Source: an uncultured Acidobacteriota bacterium
GTDB taxonomy: Bacteria; Acidobacteriota; Vicinamibacteria; Vicinamibacterales; CAVVIG01
Assembly: GCA_963757355.1 (NCBI GenBank)
Contig: CAVWRG010000003.1
Span: forward strand, 1,541,120-1,605,119
Direction: 5' to 3'
DNA length: 64,000 nucleotides
The notes below the pieces were generated by a model, which searched no databases, had not been told where the DNA came from, and was given only the letters and a program-made list of their open reading frames with translations. A program made the translations under genes and the position numbers. Positions 17,942 to 28,502 of the stretch are shown one piece after another; within the stretch, counting starts at the first letter, position 1, and every line of letters starts with the position of its first letter.

Positions 17942-19819
17942 ATGACGACGTCTGCGTACGCTCGATTTTTTGCCGCGACCCTGATGCTCGGGGGCGTCGC
18001 GATGCCGGCGAGGGCTGAAAGACCCTTTAAACCGGCGTCTGTGACGCCGCCCTCCAAGCTCGATCACGCACTCCAGGGCAAGGCTCACCATAGTCCAAAC
18101 CACGCTCTGGACGTGATCGTCGGCGTCGTCCCGGGCAGTGGGGATGCCGTCCGCACCACGCTGGCGACCAAGGGCCGTCGCATTACCGGCAGCCATCCGT
18201 CGATCCACGCGTTCAGTGCGACGGTCGAAGTCCAAGACCTCGCCGATCTCGCGAGCGATCCGCGCGTCCTCTCGGTGTCGCTCGACGCAGTCGTCTCCGC
18301 GCATCAAACGGCGGTGGGGAGCCCGGACGCGCTCGTCACACTGGATGCACTGCGCACGATGGTAGGAAGCTCGTCGAGCGGCGTCACGGGGCAAGGGGTC
18401 ACCGTTGCCGTTATTGACTCGGGCCTGGCCAACGTGCCGGATCTGCACGCGCAGATTCGAGCGTTTTATGATTTCACGATCGATGGCACGCCGAGGGTGA
18501 CAGGCGCCTCGGACGCGTATGGGCACGGCACCCACCTCGCGGCGACCATCGCCAGTAGCGGCCAACAAAGCGGGCTGCTCTACCAAGGAATCGCCCCTGG
18601 CGTTCGCTTGATCGGCTTAAGAGTGTTGGACGGAACGGGCAATGGGACGACCAGTAATGTCATCAACGCACTGGCCTTCGCCACCGCCAACAAAGCGGCG
18701 CTCGGCATCGACATCATCAACTTGTCTCTCGGGCATCCCATTTACGAATCGGCGGCGACCGACCCGTTGGTCCAGGCGGTCGAAGCCGCCGTGCACGCAG
18801 GCATCGTCGTCGTCGCGTCGGCCGGCAATTCCGGAATCAATCCAGACACAGGCCTGCCCGGGTACGGCGGCATTACCTCACCCGGCAACTCACCGTCGGC
18901 GATTACAGTCGGAGCGGTCAACACGTCTGGCACGTTGGCACGAAGCGATGATGTCGTGGCGCCGTATAGCTCGAGCGGCCCCACGTGGGTGGATGGATTC
19001 GCGAAGCCCGATCTCGTCGCGCCGGGACACCGCCTGGTTGCAGACACGAGCAACGGCTACTTGTACAAGACATATCCGACCTGGCAGTTCAATGCGCCCG
19101 CCGGAGCGTCCGGTAATTACATCCGCCTAAGCGGTTCCAGCATGTCGGCCGCCGTGGTGAGCGGCGTGGCGGCGCTCGTGCTGCAAGCCAACCGGAGCGC
19201 TCTCGAGCCGGATGGGACGCCGATGGCGCCGTTGAATCCGTACGCGGTCAAGGCGATCCTGCAGTACACGGCCACGGCGTTGGCCGGCGTGGACCCGCTC
19301 ACTCAAGGCGCGGGCGAAATCAACGCGGCCGGCGCCATCGCGATGACGCGCGCCTTGGACACGCGTACGACGCCTTGGGCGGTCTCAGGGCTGACAACGA
19401 GCACGACGTTCGGGACCGAGACCGACCCGTGGTCCACCGACCTCATTTGGGGCGCGACGGAGCTGCAGAACCTGACGCCCGACGGCGCGGTTGCGGGCTC
19501 CAATATCGTATGGGGCACGAACATCGTGTGGGGCACGAACATCGTGTGGGGCACCAACATCGTCTGGGGCACGAATCTCGTCTCGGGTTCCAACATCGTC
19601 TGGGGCACCAACATCGTCTGGGGCACGAATCTCGTCTCGGGTTCCAACATCGTCTGGGGCACCAACATCGTCTGGGGCACCAACATCGTGTGGGGCACGA
19701 ACATCGTGTGGGGCACCAACATCGTCTGGGGTACCAACATCGTGTGGGGCACGAACATCGTCTGGGGCACTAACTCCGCCAGTTCTGCTGCGTCGTGTGG
19801 AATGGAGGTCTGTTTCTAA
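17942..19819 (+). CDS. secreted S8 (subtilisin-like) serine peptidase with C-terminal hexapeptide-repeat extension
   Basis: Signal peptide MTTSAYARFFAATLMLGGVAMPARA. Catalytic triad contexts VAVIDSGL (Asp), HGTHLAATIAS (His), SGSSMSAAVVSG (Ser). 15 NIVWGT-type hexapeptides follow. Confidence 0.9.
   Translation: MTTSAYARFFAATLMLGGVAMPARAERPFKPASVTPPSKLDHALQGKAHHSPNHALDVIVGVVPGSGDAVRTTLATKGRRITGSHPSIHAFSATVEVQDLADLASDPRVLSVSLDAVVSAHQTAVGSPDALVTLDALRTMVGSSSSGVTGQGVTVAVIDSGLANVPDLHAQIRAFYDFTIDGTPRVTGASDAYGHGTHLAATIASSGQQSGLLYQGIAPGVRLIGLRVLDGTGNGTTSNVINALAFATANKAALGIDIINLSLGHPIYESAATDPLVQAVEAAVHAGIVVVASAGNSGINPDTGLPGYGGITSPGNSPSAITVGAVNTSGTLARSDDVVAPYSSSGPTWVDGFAKPDLVAPGHRLVADTSNGYLYKTYPTWQFNAPAGASGNYIRLSGSSMSAAVVSGVAALVLQANRSALEPDGTPMAPLNPYAVKAILQYTATALAGVDPLTQGAGEINAAGAIAMTRALDTRTTPWAVSGLTTSTTFGTETDPWSTDLIWGATELQNLTPDGAVAGSNIVWGTNIVWGTNIVWGTNIVWGTNLVSGSNIVWGTNIVWGTNLVSGSNIVWGTNIVWGTNIVWGTNIVWGTNIVWGTNIVWGTNIVWGTNSASSAASCGMEVCF
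19502..19771 (+). repeat. in-frame 18-bp tandem array (15 units) encoding (NIVWGT)13 + (NLVSGS)2
   Basis: Read directly: AAYATCGTSTGGGGYACS units with synonymous variation. The two NLVSGS units are interspersed in the array. Confidence 0.95.
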
Positions 19820-20523
19820 TGGCGCTCGGGTCGCTCACCTCGAAGTTCGATCAGCCGCTGCCGTCACGCGAGCGAACGGTGGAAGCGCCGCACGACACAG
19901 GCGTTGCCACCTCTGATTGGCAGACGGCGCTGCCCGTCCTGATTGGCCAACGCGTCACCTTGCGTGAGCTGCGGACGGCGGATGCGCCGGCGCTCCTGGC
20001 GCTGCTGACCACGGAAGAAGTGACGCGCTTCATTTCCCCGCCGCCGACCACTGTGGACGGGTTCGAGCGTTTCATCGCGTGGGCGAACGCGCAGCGGGCC
20101 GCGGGCCAGTACATTTGTTTTGCCATCGTCCCTCACGGAAGCGAGACGGCGATTGGACTAATCCAGGTTCGGCAACTCGAGCGAGGTTTTGGAACGGCGG
20201 AATGGGGCTTTGCGCTGGGTCAGCCGTTCTGGGGCACCGGCCTCTTCGTCGAATCGGCGGAACTGGTGTTGGCCTTCACGTTCGACACGGTGGGTGTCCA
20301 CCGGCTCGAAGCGCGGGCGGCGGTGCTGAACGGCCGGGGAAATGGGGCGCTGCAGAAGTTGGGCGCATGTCAAGAAGCGGTCTTGCGGAAGTCCTTCTCA
20401 CGCAACGGACGTTACCTTGACCAGATGCTGTGGTCCATTCTCGAGGAGGACTGGCGCCTCGCGAAGGCCGTCTGGGGACCCTCTGCGACGTCTGACGACA
20501 AGGCGATCGCCGTCGTTCATTGA
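19819..20523 (+). CDS. GNAT-family N-acetyltransferase (RimJ/RimL-like)
   Basis: ATG overlaps the protease stop (TAATG). VTLRELRTADAPALLALL.., AIGLIQV.., GTGLFVESAELVLAFTFDTVGVHRLEARAAVLNGRGNGALQKLG. Confidence 0.85.
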   Translation: MALGSLTSKFDQPLPSRERTVEAPHDTGVATSDWQTALPVLIGQRVTLRELRTADAPALLALLTTEEVTRFISPPPTTVDGFERFIAWANAQRAAGQYICFAIVPHGSETAIGLIQVRQLERGFGTAEWGFALGQPFWGTGLFVESAELVLAFTFDTVGVHRLEARAAVLNGRGNGALQKLGACQEAVLRKSFSRNGRYLDQMLWSILEEDWRLAKAVWGPSATSDDKAIAVVH

Positions 20524-20528
20524 GATGG

Positions 20529-20553
20529 CGCTCGGCTGAAGCCTTCGCGCTAC
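20529..20553. repeat. family B repeat, single copy
   Basis: CGCTCGGCTGAAGCCTTCGCGCTAC matches the right arm of the 14756-14822 hairpin with one A/G difference. Located between convergent genes. Confidence 0.8.
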
Positions 20554-20572
20554 ACCGATCTGGAAACGGCTT

Positions 20573-23476
20573 TTAGTTCGCCGCGCCGATTTCGCGCTTC
20601 CGTCGCCCCGCGGAGCTCTCGAGCAGCGCGCGCAGCTCGTCGACTGAGACCGGCTTGGTGAGCACGCCGTCCATCCCGGCCGCCAAGCACTCTTGCACAT
20701 CTTGCGGCCGCGCGTTGGCCGTCATGGCGACGATCTCCGGCCTTGCATCCTTCGCGAACTCCAGGCAGATCCGCTGCGTCGCCTCCAGACCATCCATCTC
20801 GGGCATCTGCACGTCCATCAACACCAAATCATACGACTGGCGTCTGACCGCGCTGAGGGCTTCCTCGCCGTTGCCGACGATGTCGACCCGATACCCGAAC
20901 CGGCCGAGGATCACGGCAGCGACTCTCTGATTCACGACATTGTCCTCCGCGAGCAGAATGCGCATCGGAAGACGCTCACCCAACGTGGGATCGAACCGCT
21001 TCTCTGGTGACGGTTGTTCCGGGGCGGAATCCTTGGCGAGGACGGTCAGAAGCGCCTCGAACAACGCCAACGGCTTGATCGGTTTGAGCAGGGTTACCGA
21101 CCAGTCAGCGCGAGCGGCGTTGGTCAACTGTCCCACGGACGTCAGAAGGATCAGCGGCAGCGATTCAGCGCTGCGATGCTTCCGCAGTTCCCGCGTCAGG
21201 GTCACACCATCCATGCCTGGCATCTGCATATCCACCAGTCCCACGTCGAACGGATCGCCGCGGCGCACCCACTCCAGCGCCTCGCTGGCCTCCGTGGTCG
21301 TACGGATCGTCACACCCCACGGCGCCGACAGGGCGCTGACGATGTTGAGATTGGTGGGATTGTCGTCGACGAACAGCAGCCGGGTACCAGCCAGTTGTGG
21401 CTCCGGCCCACGAAGATAGGCTGGAGGTTGCGTCGCAGCGGCTTCGGCCACGACGGTGAAGGTGAACGTCGACCCCTGGCCCGCCGTGCTCTGCACGCCG
21501 ATCTCGCCGTCCAGCATTTCAGCGAGCCGTTTGCTGATCGCGAGTCCCAGTCCCGTGCCGCCGAAATGACGCGAGGTGGAACTGTCCACTTGACTGAAGG
21601 ATTTGAAGAGCCGATCCAGCCGGTCCTGCGGAATCCCAATGCCGGTGTCGCGGACGTCGAATCTCGTCTCGAACACGTTGCCGGCGCGCGGTTGGCTCGT
21701 CACCGATACGACGATCTCGCCGTCCGCCGTGAACTTCACGGCGTTGCTCAGCAGATTGACCAGAATCTGGCGGACGCGCGTCACGTCCGTCATCAGGCCC
21801 CACGGCGTGTCGTCGGAAACGAGGTACGCGAGATCCAGATTGTTTTCCGCCGCTTTGGGGGCCACCAGATCGAGCGCCGCTTCGACGCAATTGCGCAGGT
21901 CGAACGGCTGCTTTTCGAGCTGCAGCATCCCGGCCTCGATCTTCGAAAAGTCGAGGATGTCGTTGATGACGGCGAGCAACGATTCACCGCTGGACCGGAT
22001 CGTGCCGACGTAGTCACGCTGCTCGGGCTTCAGGTCGGTGTCCAGCAACACACTCGTCATGCCGATCACCGCATTCATCGGCGTGCGGAGCTCGTGGCTC
22101 ATGTTGGCGAGGAACTCGCCTTTGGCCTTGCTGGCCGCCTCTGCTGCGAGCTTGGCGCTGGACAGCGCTTCGGCGACCCGTCGCCGTTCCGTCACATCGT
22201 CGGCGATACCGGCGACGCGATGCACTTCGCCCGACTCGCTGCGGATCGGAAAGGCGCGATCGCGGACCCATCTCACAGAGCCATCCGGCCGCAGAATCCG
22301 GTACTCTTCGTCGTACGTGCCGAGCGTGCGCTTGGGCAAGGCGTCGAGCACGCGCTGACGATCGTCGGGATGGATGACGTCGAGAAAGGCGCCCGCCCCG
22401 CCGTAGACGCTTTCCGCCGAAGAACCGGAGATTTTCTCGTAGCTGGGACTGATGTAGATAATCCTGTCGGAAGGCGGATCGAACAACCAGAATGTCTGTT
22501 CGATGTTTTCCGCCAGCTGGCGGAATCGCCGCTCCGTTTCCTTGAGCTTGTCGTTGGCGCGATTCAGCTCTTCGGCCATCGCGGCGCGTGCTTCAGCCGC
22601 TTCCTGTTCTGACCGGGCGTGCACCGCTTCGAGCTCCTTGGTCTTGAGCTCGCGCGCGATCCGCTGATTTTCTTCCTGGAAGAATTTGCGCCGCAGCAAG
22701 GCGCGGACGCGCGCCTTCAGCACGGCCAGGTCGCTCGATTTGCCGACGAAGTCGTCCGCGCCGGCCTCCAGCCCGCGCGTCATGTCTTCCTTGTTCTCCC
22801 GCGCGGTCAGCATCAGGATGACCGCCGGCGTATCCAGAGCCCGCCGTGCTTCCACGATGCGCTGGCAGGCTTCGATGCCATCCATGTCCGGCATCACCAG
22901 ATCCAACAGCACTGCGTCGTACGTGCCGGACGAGAACAGTTGCAGCGCCTTGGCGCCGCTGATCGCGGTGTCGACCCGGTAGCCCTCGCTTCGCAACTCC
23001 TCGGTGAGGAACTCCAGATACGTCGCGCTGTCGTCCACGGCCAGCAGCCGGGCGCTCGACAGCGCCGACTCCAATCCAAACTGCAGCGACGTTTCCGACG
23101 ATGACTTGCGGAGCAGCGCGCGCACGCGGAGCATCAAGATGTCGTCGTCGACCGATTTGGAAATGTAGTCGTCGGCGCCGCTCTCCAGACCGTGAAGTTC
23201 GGCGGCGTCTGTTTCCTCGGCGGTCAACATGAGAATGGCGATGCCGCGCGTGCTCATGTTCATCCGGATGCGGCGGCACACTTCATCACCGCGAACACCC
23301 GGCAGGTAGAAGTCGACGATCACGAGATCCGGAACGCTCTGATTGAGCTCCTCGATTGCGCGTTCCGCCGTGGCCGCGCGGACGACTTCACAGCCTTCGT
23401 TTTCCAGCATCAACTGGAGCTTGAGGGCCTGCGTGTCCGAGTCTTCCACGATGAGAATCCGGCTGGCGCGCGCCAT
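20573..23476 (-). CDS. hybrid sensor histidine kinase with four receiver domains (REC-REC-coiled coil-PAS-HisKA-HATPase-REC-REC)
   Basis: REC1 [23 protein letters not shown]2 [47 protein letters not shown]-box [19 protein letters not shown]-boxes [21 protein letters not shown]3 [23 protein letters not shown]4 [21 protein letters not shown]. Confidence 0.92.
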   Translation of the reverse strand: MARASRILIVEDSDTQALKLQLMLENEGCEVVRAATAERAIEELNQSVPDLVIVDFYLPGVRGDEVCRRIRMNMSTRGIAILMLTAEETDAAELHGLESGADDYISKSVDDDILMLRVRALLRKSSSETSLQFGLESALSSARLLAVDDSATYLEFLTEELRSEGYRVDTAISGAKALQLFSSGTYDAVLLDLVMPDMDGIEACQRIVEARRALDTPAVILMLTARENKEDMTRGLEAGADDFVGKSSDLAVLKARVRALLRRKFFQEENQRIARELKTKELEAVHARSEQEAAEARAAMAEELNRANDKLKETERRFRQLAENIEQTFWLFDPPSDRIIYISPSYEKISGSSAESVYGGAGAFLDVIHPDDRQRVLDALPKRTLGTYDEEYRILRPDGSVRWVRDRAFPIRSESGEVHRVAGIADDVTERRRVAEALSSAKLAAEAASKAKGEFLANMSHELRTPMNAVIGMTSVLLDTDLKPEQRDYVGTIRSSGESLLAVINDILDFSKIEAGMLQLEKQPFDLRNCVEAALDLVAPKAAENNLDLAYLVSDDTPWGLMTDVTRVRQILVNLLSNAVKFTADGEIVVSVTSQPRAGNVFETRFDVRDTGIGIPQDRLDRLFKSFSQVDSSTSRHFGGTGLGLAISKRLAEMLDGEIGVQSTAGQGSTFTFTVVAEAAATQPPAYLRGPEPQLAGTRLLFVDDNPTNLNIVSALSAPWGVTIRTTTEASEALEWVRRGDPFDVGLVDMQMPGMDGVTLTRELRKHRSAESLPLILLTSVGQLTNAARADWSVTLLKPIKPLALFEALLTVLAKDSAPEQPSPEKRFDPTLGERLPMRILLAEDNVVNQRVAAVILGRFGYRVDIVGNGEEALSAVRRQSYDLVLMDVQMPEMDGLEATQRICLEFAKDARPEIVAMTANARPQDVQECLAAGMDGVLTKPVSVDELRALLESSAGRRKREIGAAN

Positions 23477-24552
23477 CAGACCTTCTCAGCGGCCGAGACC
23501 AGATCGAGGACCCGAGGCGCGATCTCTCTGAGAGGCAGGCATTCGCAAGCGGCTCCACGGTCTACCGCGGCTTTGGGCATGCCATACACGACCGCCGTCG
23601 ATTCGTGTTCCGCGACCGTATGACCTCCCGCGCGGCGCAGCTCGAGGAGCCCATCGGCGCCGTCATCACCCATACCGGTCAGCAGGACGCCGAGCCCCGA
23701 ATCGCCCAGACTCCGCGCCATCGATTGAAACATCACAGTGGCTGACGGCCGTTGAGCCGAGACGGCAGGATCCTGACTCAGCCGAATGCGCTCGCCCTCG
23801 AGTTGAAGATGGAAGTCGGGCGGGGCCAGGTAAACCGTTCCAGGAATCGGAAGTTCGCCGCTGTGCGCAATGACCGCGCGACACGGCGTCACACTTTCCA
23901 GCCAGGACGCGAACCCGAGGAGAAAGGTGGGCATCATGTGCTGCACCAAAAGTACCGGCAGCGGGAAATCCTGACCCAGGTCGGTCAACACCTGAACCAC
24001 GGCATTGGGGCCACCCGTGGATGCGCCGATTCCAAGAATGCGAAACGGCCGGCCGGGCGTCGTCTGAAAGCTCAATGTGGCCGGGGGCGATTGGACCGCT
24101 CGACTAACGGTTGGCGTGGAGTCACTGAATGCCCTCTGACGCACAACTTTGACCTCGCTCATGATCGCCAGCTGCGTGCAGAGGGTTCGTGCCAGGCGCT
24201 CATACTCGGCGCGCGTCGTGCCGACGGGCTTTTCCACGACCGCCAGCGCGCCGGCGCGCAAGGCGTTCATGGTGATTTTCAGATCATCCGATTCCACGCT
24301 GGCCGAGCAGACCACAATCGGCGTCGGCTTGTCCCGCATGATCCGGCGTGTGGCTTCGAACCCATTCATTCCTGGAAGCCGGATGTCGAGCGAGATGACG
24401 TCTGGCGAGACGCGTGGAAGCATCTCGAGCGCTTCCTCCGCGCTGGAGGCCACAGCCACGACCTCGAGACGCGGGTCGCCGCCGATGATGTGGCGGAGGA
24501 GCTGCTGGATCACCTCCGAGTCTTCGACGATCAGGACGCCGATCGTTTTCAT
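23476..24552 (-). CDS. cheB: chemotaxis response regulator protein-glutamate methylesterase
   Basis: REC (VLIVEDSEVIQ.., LDIRLPGMNG) plus methylesterase (ILGIGASTGGPNA, LLVQHMMPTF, GMGDDGADGL). Start overlaps the cheA stop. Confidence 0.92.
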   Translation of the reverse strand: MKTIGVLIVEDSEVIQQLLRHIIGGDPRLEVVAVASSAEEALEMLPRVSPDVISLDIRLPGMNGFEATRRIMRDKPTPIVVCSASVESDDLKITMNALRAGALAVVEKPVGTTRAEYERLARTLCTQLAIMSEVKVVRQRAFSDSTPTVSRAVQSPPATLSFQTTPGRPFRILGIGASTGGPNAVVQVLTDLGQDFPLPVLLVQHMMPTFLLGFASWLESVTPCRAVIAHSGELPIPGTVYLAPPDFHLQLEGERIRLSQDPAVSAQRPSATVMFQSMARSLGDSGLGVLLTGMGDDGADGLLELRRAGGHTVAEHESTAVVYGMPKAAVDRGAACECLPLREIAPRVLDLVSAAEKV

Positions 24553-26783
24553 AAAATCTGCCGGATCGTTTCGAGCAGCTCCTGCTGTTCGAACCTCCGC
24601 TTGACGATATACGCGTCGGCGCCGAGCGTCATGCCGCGGGCCTGATCCTCGGGGTTTTCGACCGACGAGACAATGACGACCGGAATCTTCGCCAGGCGCG
24701 GATCGCTTTTCATCTCTTCGAGCAGCCCGAAACCATCCAGCCGCGGCATCTGCAAATCGCTGATCACGAGTCCCACAGGGCTGGCGCGAAGATAATTCAG
24801 CGCGTCGACACCGTCCACGGCGATCGCCACCTGGTAGCCATGCGCTTCCAGCACGCTCTTTTCCAGCGTCCGGGTCGTCAGTGAGTCGTCGACGACGAGG
24901 ATCTCACGCGACCTGCTGGCGTCCGTCGGCGCTTCCGTCTGTGTGGCGAGCACGAGCGCGTTCGAAGACTGCTGGAACCCCTCGACGATCTCGGCCGGGT
25001 TGAGCACCAGGCAGACGGAACCATCCTCGAGCAGAATGCCACCGGCAATCCGTGCGTTGCCATCAGCGGGGGCCGGCAGCTCCTTGATGATCGCCTCTCT
25101 TTCAGACAGAAACGCGTCCACGGCCACCGCCAGACGCTGAATTCCCGTTCGCATGATCATCACGCACAGCGTGTTCTGATTCACGCTGACTCTGGGTTCA
25201 TCCGTGTTGAGAAGGTGGGCGAGGCTCACCACCGAGACCGGCTGCCCATCGACGGTGATCACGGATTTGGATTCCACGGTGTGCACGTCGGTGAGCTTCA
25301 CCCGGTGCAGCCGTTCGATCCCATGAAGAGGAATCGCCAACGTCCGATTCTGGCAGCTCACCAGCAGCAGCCGATGGCTGGAGATCGAGAGCGGCGCCGA
25401 GATCGCCACACGCGTTCCGCCGAGTGTTCCGGGGCCGATGTCGACGGTGCCCTGCAGCCGCGCGATCGCTTGGGCGACGACGGAGAGCCCCATGCCGCGC
25501 CCGGACAACTCGGTGACGGAACGCGACGTCGAAAAGCCAGGGAGAAGAATCAGCCGCATCAATTCTACCGCGGGCCTGGCCGCAACCTCAGATGCGCCGA
25601 TCAGCCCTTTGCGGATCGCGATTTCAGCGACCTTGGCCAGGTCTATTCCTCTCCCATCGTCCTCAACGGCGATATTCAGCCGGTTGCCCCGGACTGCGAG
25701 CACCAGATCGATCCGTCCTTCAGGGTGTTTCCCTTTGCTTGTGCGCTCCGCTTCCGATTCGAGCCCATGGCTGACGGCATTGCGCAGCATGTGCATGACC
25801 GGATCCTTCAACACCTGAAGAACGAGGCGGTCGGCTTCCACCTGCCAGCCGGAGACGTGCAGCTCGACGGCTTTGCCCGCATCCCTCGCGAGATCGCGAA
25901 CCATTTTTCGGAAGCCGTCGAACACATTCTCGGCCGGCACCATCCGCGCCTGACGGACGTCGCGCTGCAGCTCACCCGCCAGCGACCGCAGCGTCCACGC
26001 GTTTCTCGCCTGAAGTTGGACCGCCGTGCCGACCTGCTTGGTCAGGAGATGGATCTGATGATCGAGGTAGTTCACGTAGCGCGCCGCGACGGCCAGGTCG
26101 GGCGAGGAGTCGAGCCTTTGGAACACTCGTGCGCCCGCCTTTCGAACGCGATTGCGTTCAGCGGCTGTGTCGGACAAATCCCGGCTCAGTTGTCGCAGAT
26201 GGCGTGTGACGTGGTTCTGACGAAGACTCTCGGTCAGCAGTTGTCCCGCGGAGCTGACGATGCGGTCGAGACTCTGCGCATTCAACCGCAGCGTGTCGAC
26301 CTGAGCGAGAGGAGCCGACGGCGCCGACGCAACTGGTCTCACGACGTCGATGGCCTCTGCGGGAGCGCTCACGCTGACCGGCGTATCTGAAGGTGTCCCC
26401 AGCAGCGCATCGATCGCCTCGAGCGCCCGAACGGGTTCGGCGGGCTTTCCCGCGCCGCCAACCGACGACGCCAGCCAGTCTTCACTCGCATCCAGCGCCT
26501 GGTAAATAACCCTGATGATCGGCTTGTCGAGGCCCAAGACGCCTGCGCGAATCCGCGAGAACAGGGTTTCCAGTCGGTGCGCCAGATTTTCGAGCGGACG
26601 GAGGTCAACGGCGCGAGCCGCGCCTTTCAGGCTGTGCGCACGGCGGAACACTTCGTCCAGATCCGGTGCGGCCGGCGCAGCATCCGCCGAGTCGAATGCC
26701 GCCAGCATCTCGCGGATCCGCTGAACGTGTTCGTTGTGCTCAACCTGAAACGTCGCGAGCAGCCGCTGACGGAGATCCTTCAC
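24549..26783 (-). CDS. cheA: chemotaxis histidine kinase CheA with C-terminal receiver (CheA-CheY hybrid, WspE-like)
   Basis: Hpt (FRRAHSLKGAARAV), HATPase (DPVMHMLRNAVSHG, EDDGRGID, GRGMGLSVV), CheW-like domain, REC (ILVVDDSLTTR..SDLQMPRLDG). Confidence 0.92.
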   Translation of the reverse strand: MKDLRQRLLATFQVEHNEHVQRIREMLAAFDSADAAPAAPDLDEVFRRAHSLKGAARAVDLRPLENLAHRLETLFSRIRAGVLGLDKPIIRVIYQALDASEDWLASSVGGAGKPAEPVRALEAIDALLGTPSDTPVSVSAPAEAIDVVRPVASAPSAPLAQVDTLRLNAQSLDRIVSSAGQLLTESLRQNHVTRHLRQLSRDLSDTAAERNRVRKAGARVFQRLDSSPDLAVAARYVNYLDHQIHLLTKQVGTAVQLQARNAWTLRSLAGELQRDVRQARMVPAENVFDGFRKMVRDLARDAGKAVELHVSGWQVEADRLVLQVLKDPVMHMLRNAVSHGLESEAERTSKGKHPEGRIDLVLAVRGNRLNIAVEDDGRGIDLAKVAEIAIRKGLIGASEVAARPAVELMRLILLPGFSTSRSVTELSGRGMGLSVVAQAIARLQGTVDIGPGTLGGTRVAISAPLSISSHRLLLVSCQNRTLAIPLHGIERLHRVKLTDVHTVESKSVITVDGQPVSVVSLAHLLNTDEPRVSVNQNTLCVMIMRTGIQRLAVAVDAFLSEREAIIKELPAPADGNARIAGGILLEDGSVCLVLNPAEIVEGFQQSSNALVLATQTEAPTDASRSREILVVDDSLTTRTLEKSVLEAHGYQVAIAVDGVDALNYLRASPVGLVISDLQMPRLDGFGLLEEMKSDPRLAKIPVVIVSSVENPEDQARGMTLGADAYIVKRRFEQQELLETIRQIL

Positions 26784-28480
26784 GTGCGATACCTCTCAAC
26801 ACTCTTATTGAGTTGTTGCCCGAGACCGGTGAGGTTCGTCGCCGCCTTCTCCAGTTGACTCGTGCTGACGGCGGTCTGGTCCGCCGCCTGCCGAATGTTC
26901 TTCAACGCCTGCGTGACTTGATCGAAGCCGATTTGCTGCTGACCGGTCGCCGCGGTGATCTGCTGGAACGCCTGAATGCTGGAGCTCAGGCTGTCCGCCA
27001 TGTGTCTGATCGTTCGCTCGACGACGTCCGACTGCTTCTTGCCGGAGTCGACGCGCTTCACGACTTCTTCGGTCAGCATGACGGACGTGTGGATGCCCTT
27101 CTGAATGTCGCCCAGAATGGATCGCACCTTGCCCGTCGCCTCTTTCGCCTGATCGGCCAGGTTCTTGATCTCGTTGGCGACGATCGCAAACGTCCGGCCT
27201 TGCTCGCCCGCAGCGGCGGCTTCGATCGCGGCATTGAGCGCCAGCAGATTCGACTGCTCCGCGATGTCGGTGACGGTGGCGATGATCTCGCCGACGGCCT
27301 GCGTCTTCTCGCTGAGCGTGACGATGTTTTCTGCGACCGTCTCAGCCTGCTCCTGAATGGCGTCCATGACCTTCGTGCCGTTCTGCGCGGCCTCCAGGCC
27401 CTGGCTCGTCGCGGTGGACGCCGCTTCAGCCGCCGCGGCCACTTGTCTCGATCGTTCGGCGATCTGATTGCCGGACTGGCTGATCTCTTCCATCGTGGCC
27501 GTGGTTTCCTGCACCGCCGCGGCTTGCTCGCTGGTGCCGGCGGCCTGTTCTCTCACGGACGCGACGATCTCGACGACGGCGGCGTTCAGCGACTCGGCGG
27601 CCGCCCGTGTCTGTGAGACGTTGTCTCGCAGCCCGCCGAGCATGTCGTTGAAAATGAGCCCGAGTTGACCCAACTCGTCGGTGCTGTCGATGGTCAGTTT
27701 GTCCTGGCGCAGATTCCCATCTGAGATGTGCACGGCGAGGCCGGTGACGCCCGTCACCGACTTGCGCAGGCCGCCCACGAATACAAACGAGACGAGGACG
27801 GCGGCCGCCATTCCGGCCACGCTCAGTCCCGTCGAGAGAGTCTTGGAAGCCGCTTCGTAGCCTTTGGCGGCGTTCATGGACTCCGCCGTGAAGCTCTCGA
27901 TCTCAGCGACCATCTTGGCTACCTGGGCGTCGATATCGGCGGCTTCTTTTTCGACCGGGACGCTCAGGCGATCCAGCTCACCCGGCTTGCCTGCCGCCGC
28001 CAATCCGATGGCCTGATATGCCACGGTCGCAAAATCCTGCTGCTCCTTCTGGAGCGCCTTGACCTCGTCGCCGAACCGTTGGTACTCCGGCGTGATGCGG
28101 GCGGCCTGTTCCACAGCGCGATTCGCGCTCCCAAGGTCGGCGTCGAACTGTTGCGTGAGCTTCTCGAACGCGGCGGCGGCGCGGTCGCGCTGAAGCCGAG
28201 CCTCCTCGCCAGTCTCTGCTCCAAGCTTCAAGATGCGTTCGATCACGATGTGCTCTTGGAGCGAGTTGGTGTCGAGTTGCGTGATCAGTTTCGTCACCGG
28301 CAAATCGGCGTCGGCAACTTCGACCATCTCGCGTGCCATGTTCCCGAGCGCGCTGTAGTTGTATACGGCGTTCACGAGCAGGAGCAGCACAAGCAACGAC
28401 GCGAGTCCGCCGATCTTTCGCGCGAGCGTCCATTTCAATTCAAATCGCTCACTCGAGCTTCTGCCTGTGCCCACTGCCAT
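26780..28480 (-). CDS. methyl-accepting chemotaxis protein (TM-sensor-TM-HAMP-signalling domain)
   Basis: Conserved hairpin tip IAEQSNLLALNAAIEAAAAGEQGRTFAIVANEIKNLA. GGAGGA Shine-Dalgarno about 6 nt upstream of the ATG. Confidence 0.92.
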   Translation of the reverse strand: MAVGTGRSSSERFELKWTLARKIGGLASLLVLLLLVNAVYNYSALGNMAREMVEVADADLPVTKLITQLDTNSLQEHIVIERILKLGAETGEEARLQRDRAAAAFEKLTQQFDADLGSANRAVEQAARITPEYQRFGDEVKALQKEQQDFATVAYQAIGLAAAGKPGELDRLSVPVEKEAADIDAQVAKMVAEIESFTAESMNAAKGYEAASKTLSTGLSVAGMAAAVLVSFVFVGGLRKSVTGVTGLAVHISDGNLRQDKLTIDSTDELGQLGLIFNDMLGGLRDNVSQTRAAAESLNAAVVEIVASVREQAAGTSEQAAAVQETTATMEEISQSGNQIAERSRQVAAAAEAASTATSQGLEAAQNGTKVMDAIQEQAETVAENIVTLSEKTQAVGEIIATVTDIAEQSNLLALNAAIEAAAAGEQGRTFAIVANEIKNLADQAKEATGKVRSILGDIQKGIHTSVMLTEEVVKRVDSGKKQSDVVERTIRHMADSLSSSIQAFQQITAATGQQQIGFDQVTQALKNIRQAADQTAVSTSQLEKAATNLTGLGQQLNKSVERYRT

Positions 28481-28502
28481 TTACATCCTCCTGCCGTCCG
28501 GT

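Noticed and set aside
19303-19916. ORFs with HTM(F/L)VPQT or GHQHRLGHE or SGAPTS repeats (19303-19770 on the minus strand; 19375-19773 and 19491-19916 on the plus strand).
   Set aside because: They are alternative-frame or reverse readings of the 18-bp array. Only the NIVWGT frame is continuous with the S8 catalytic domain.
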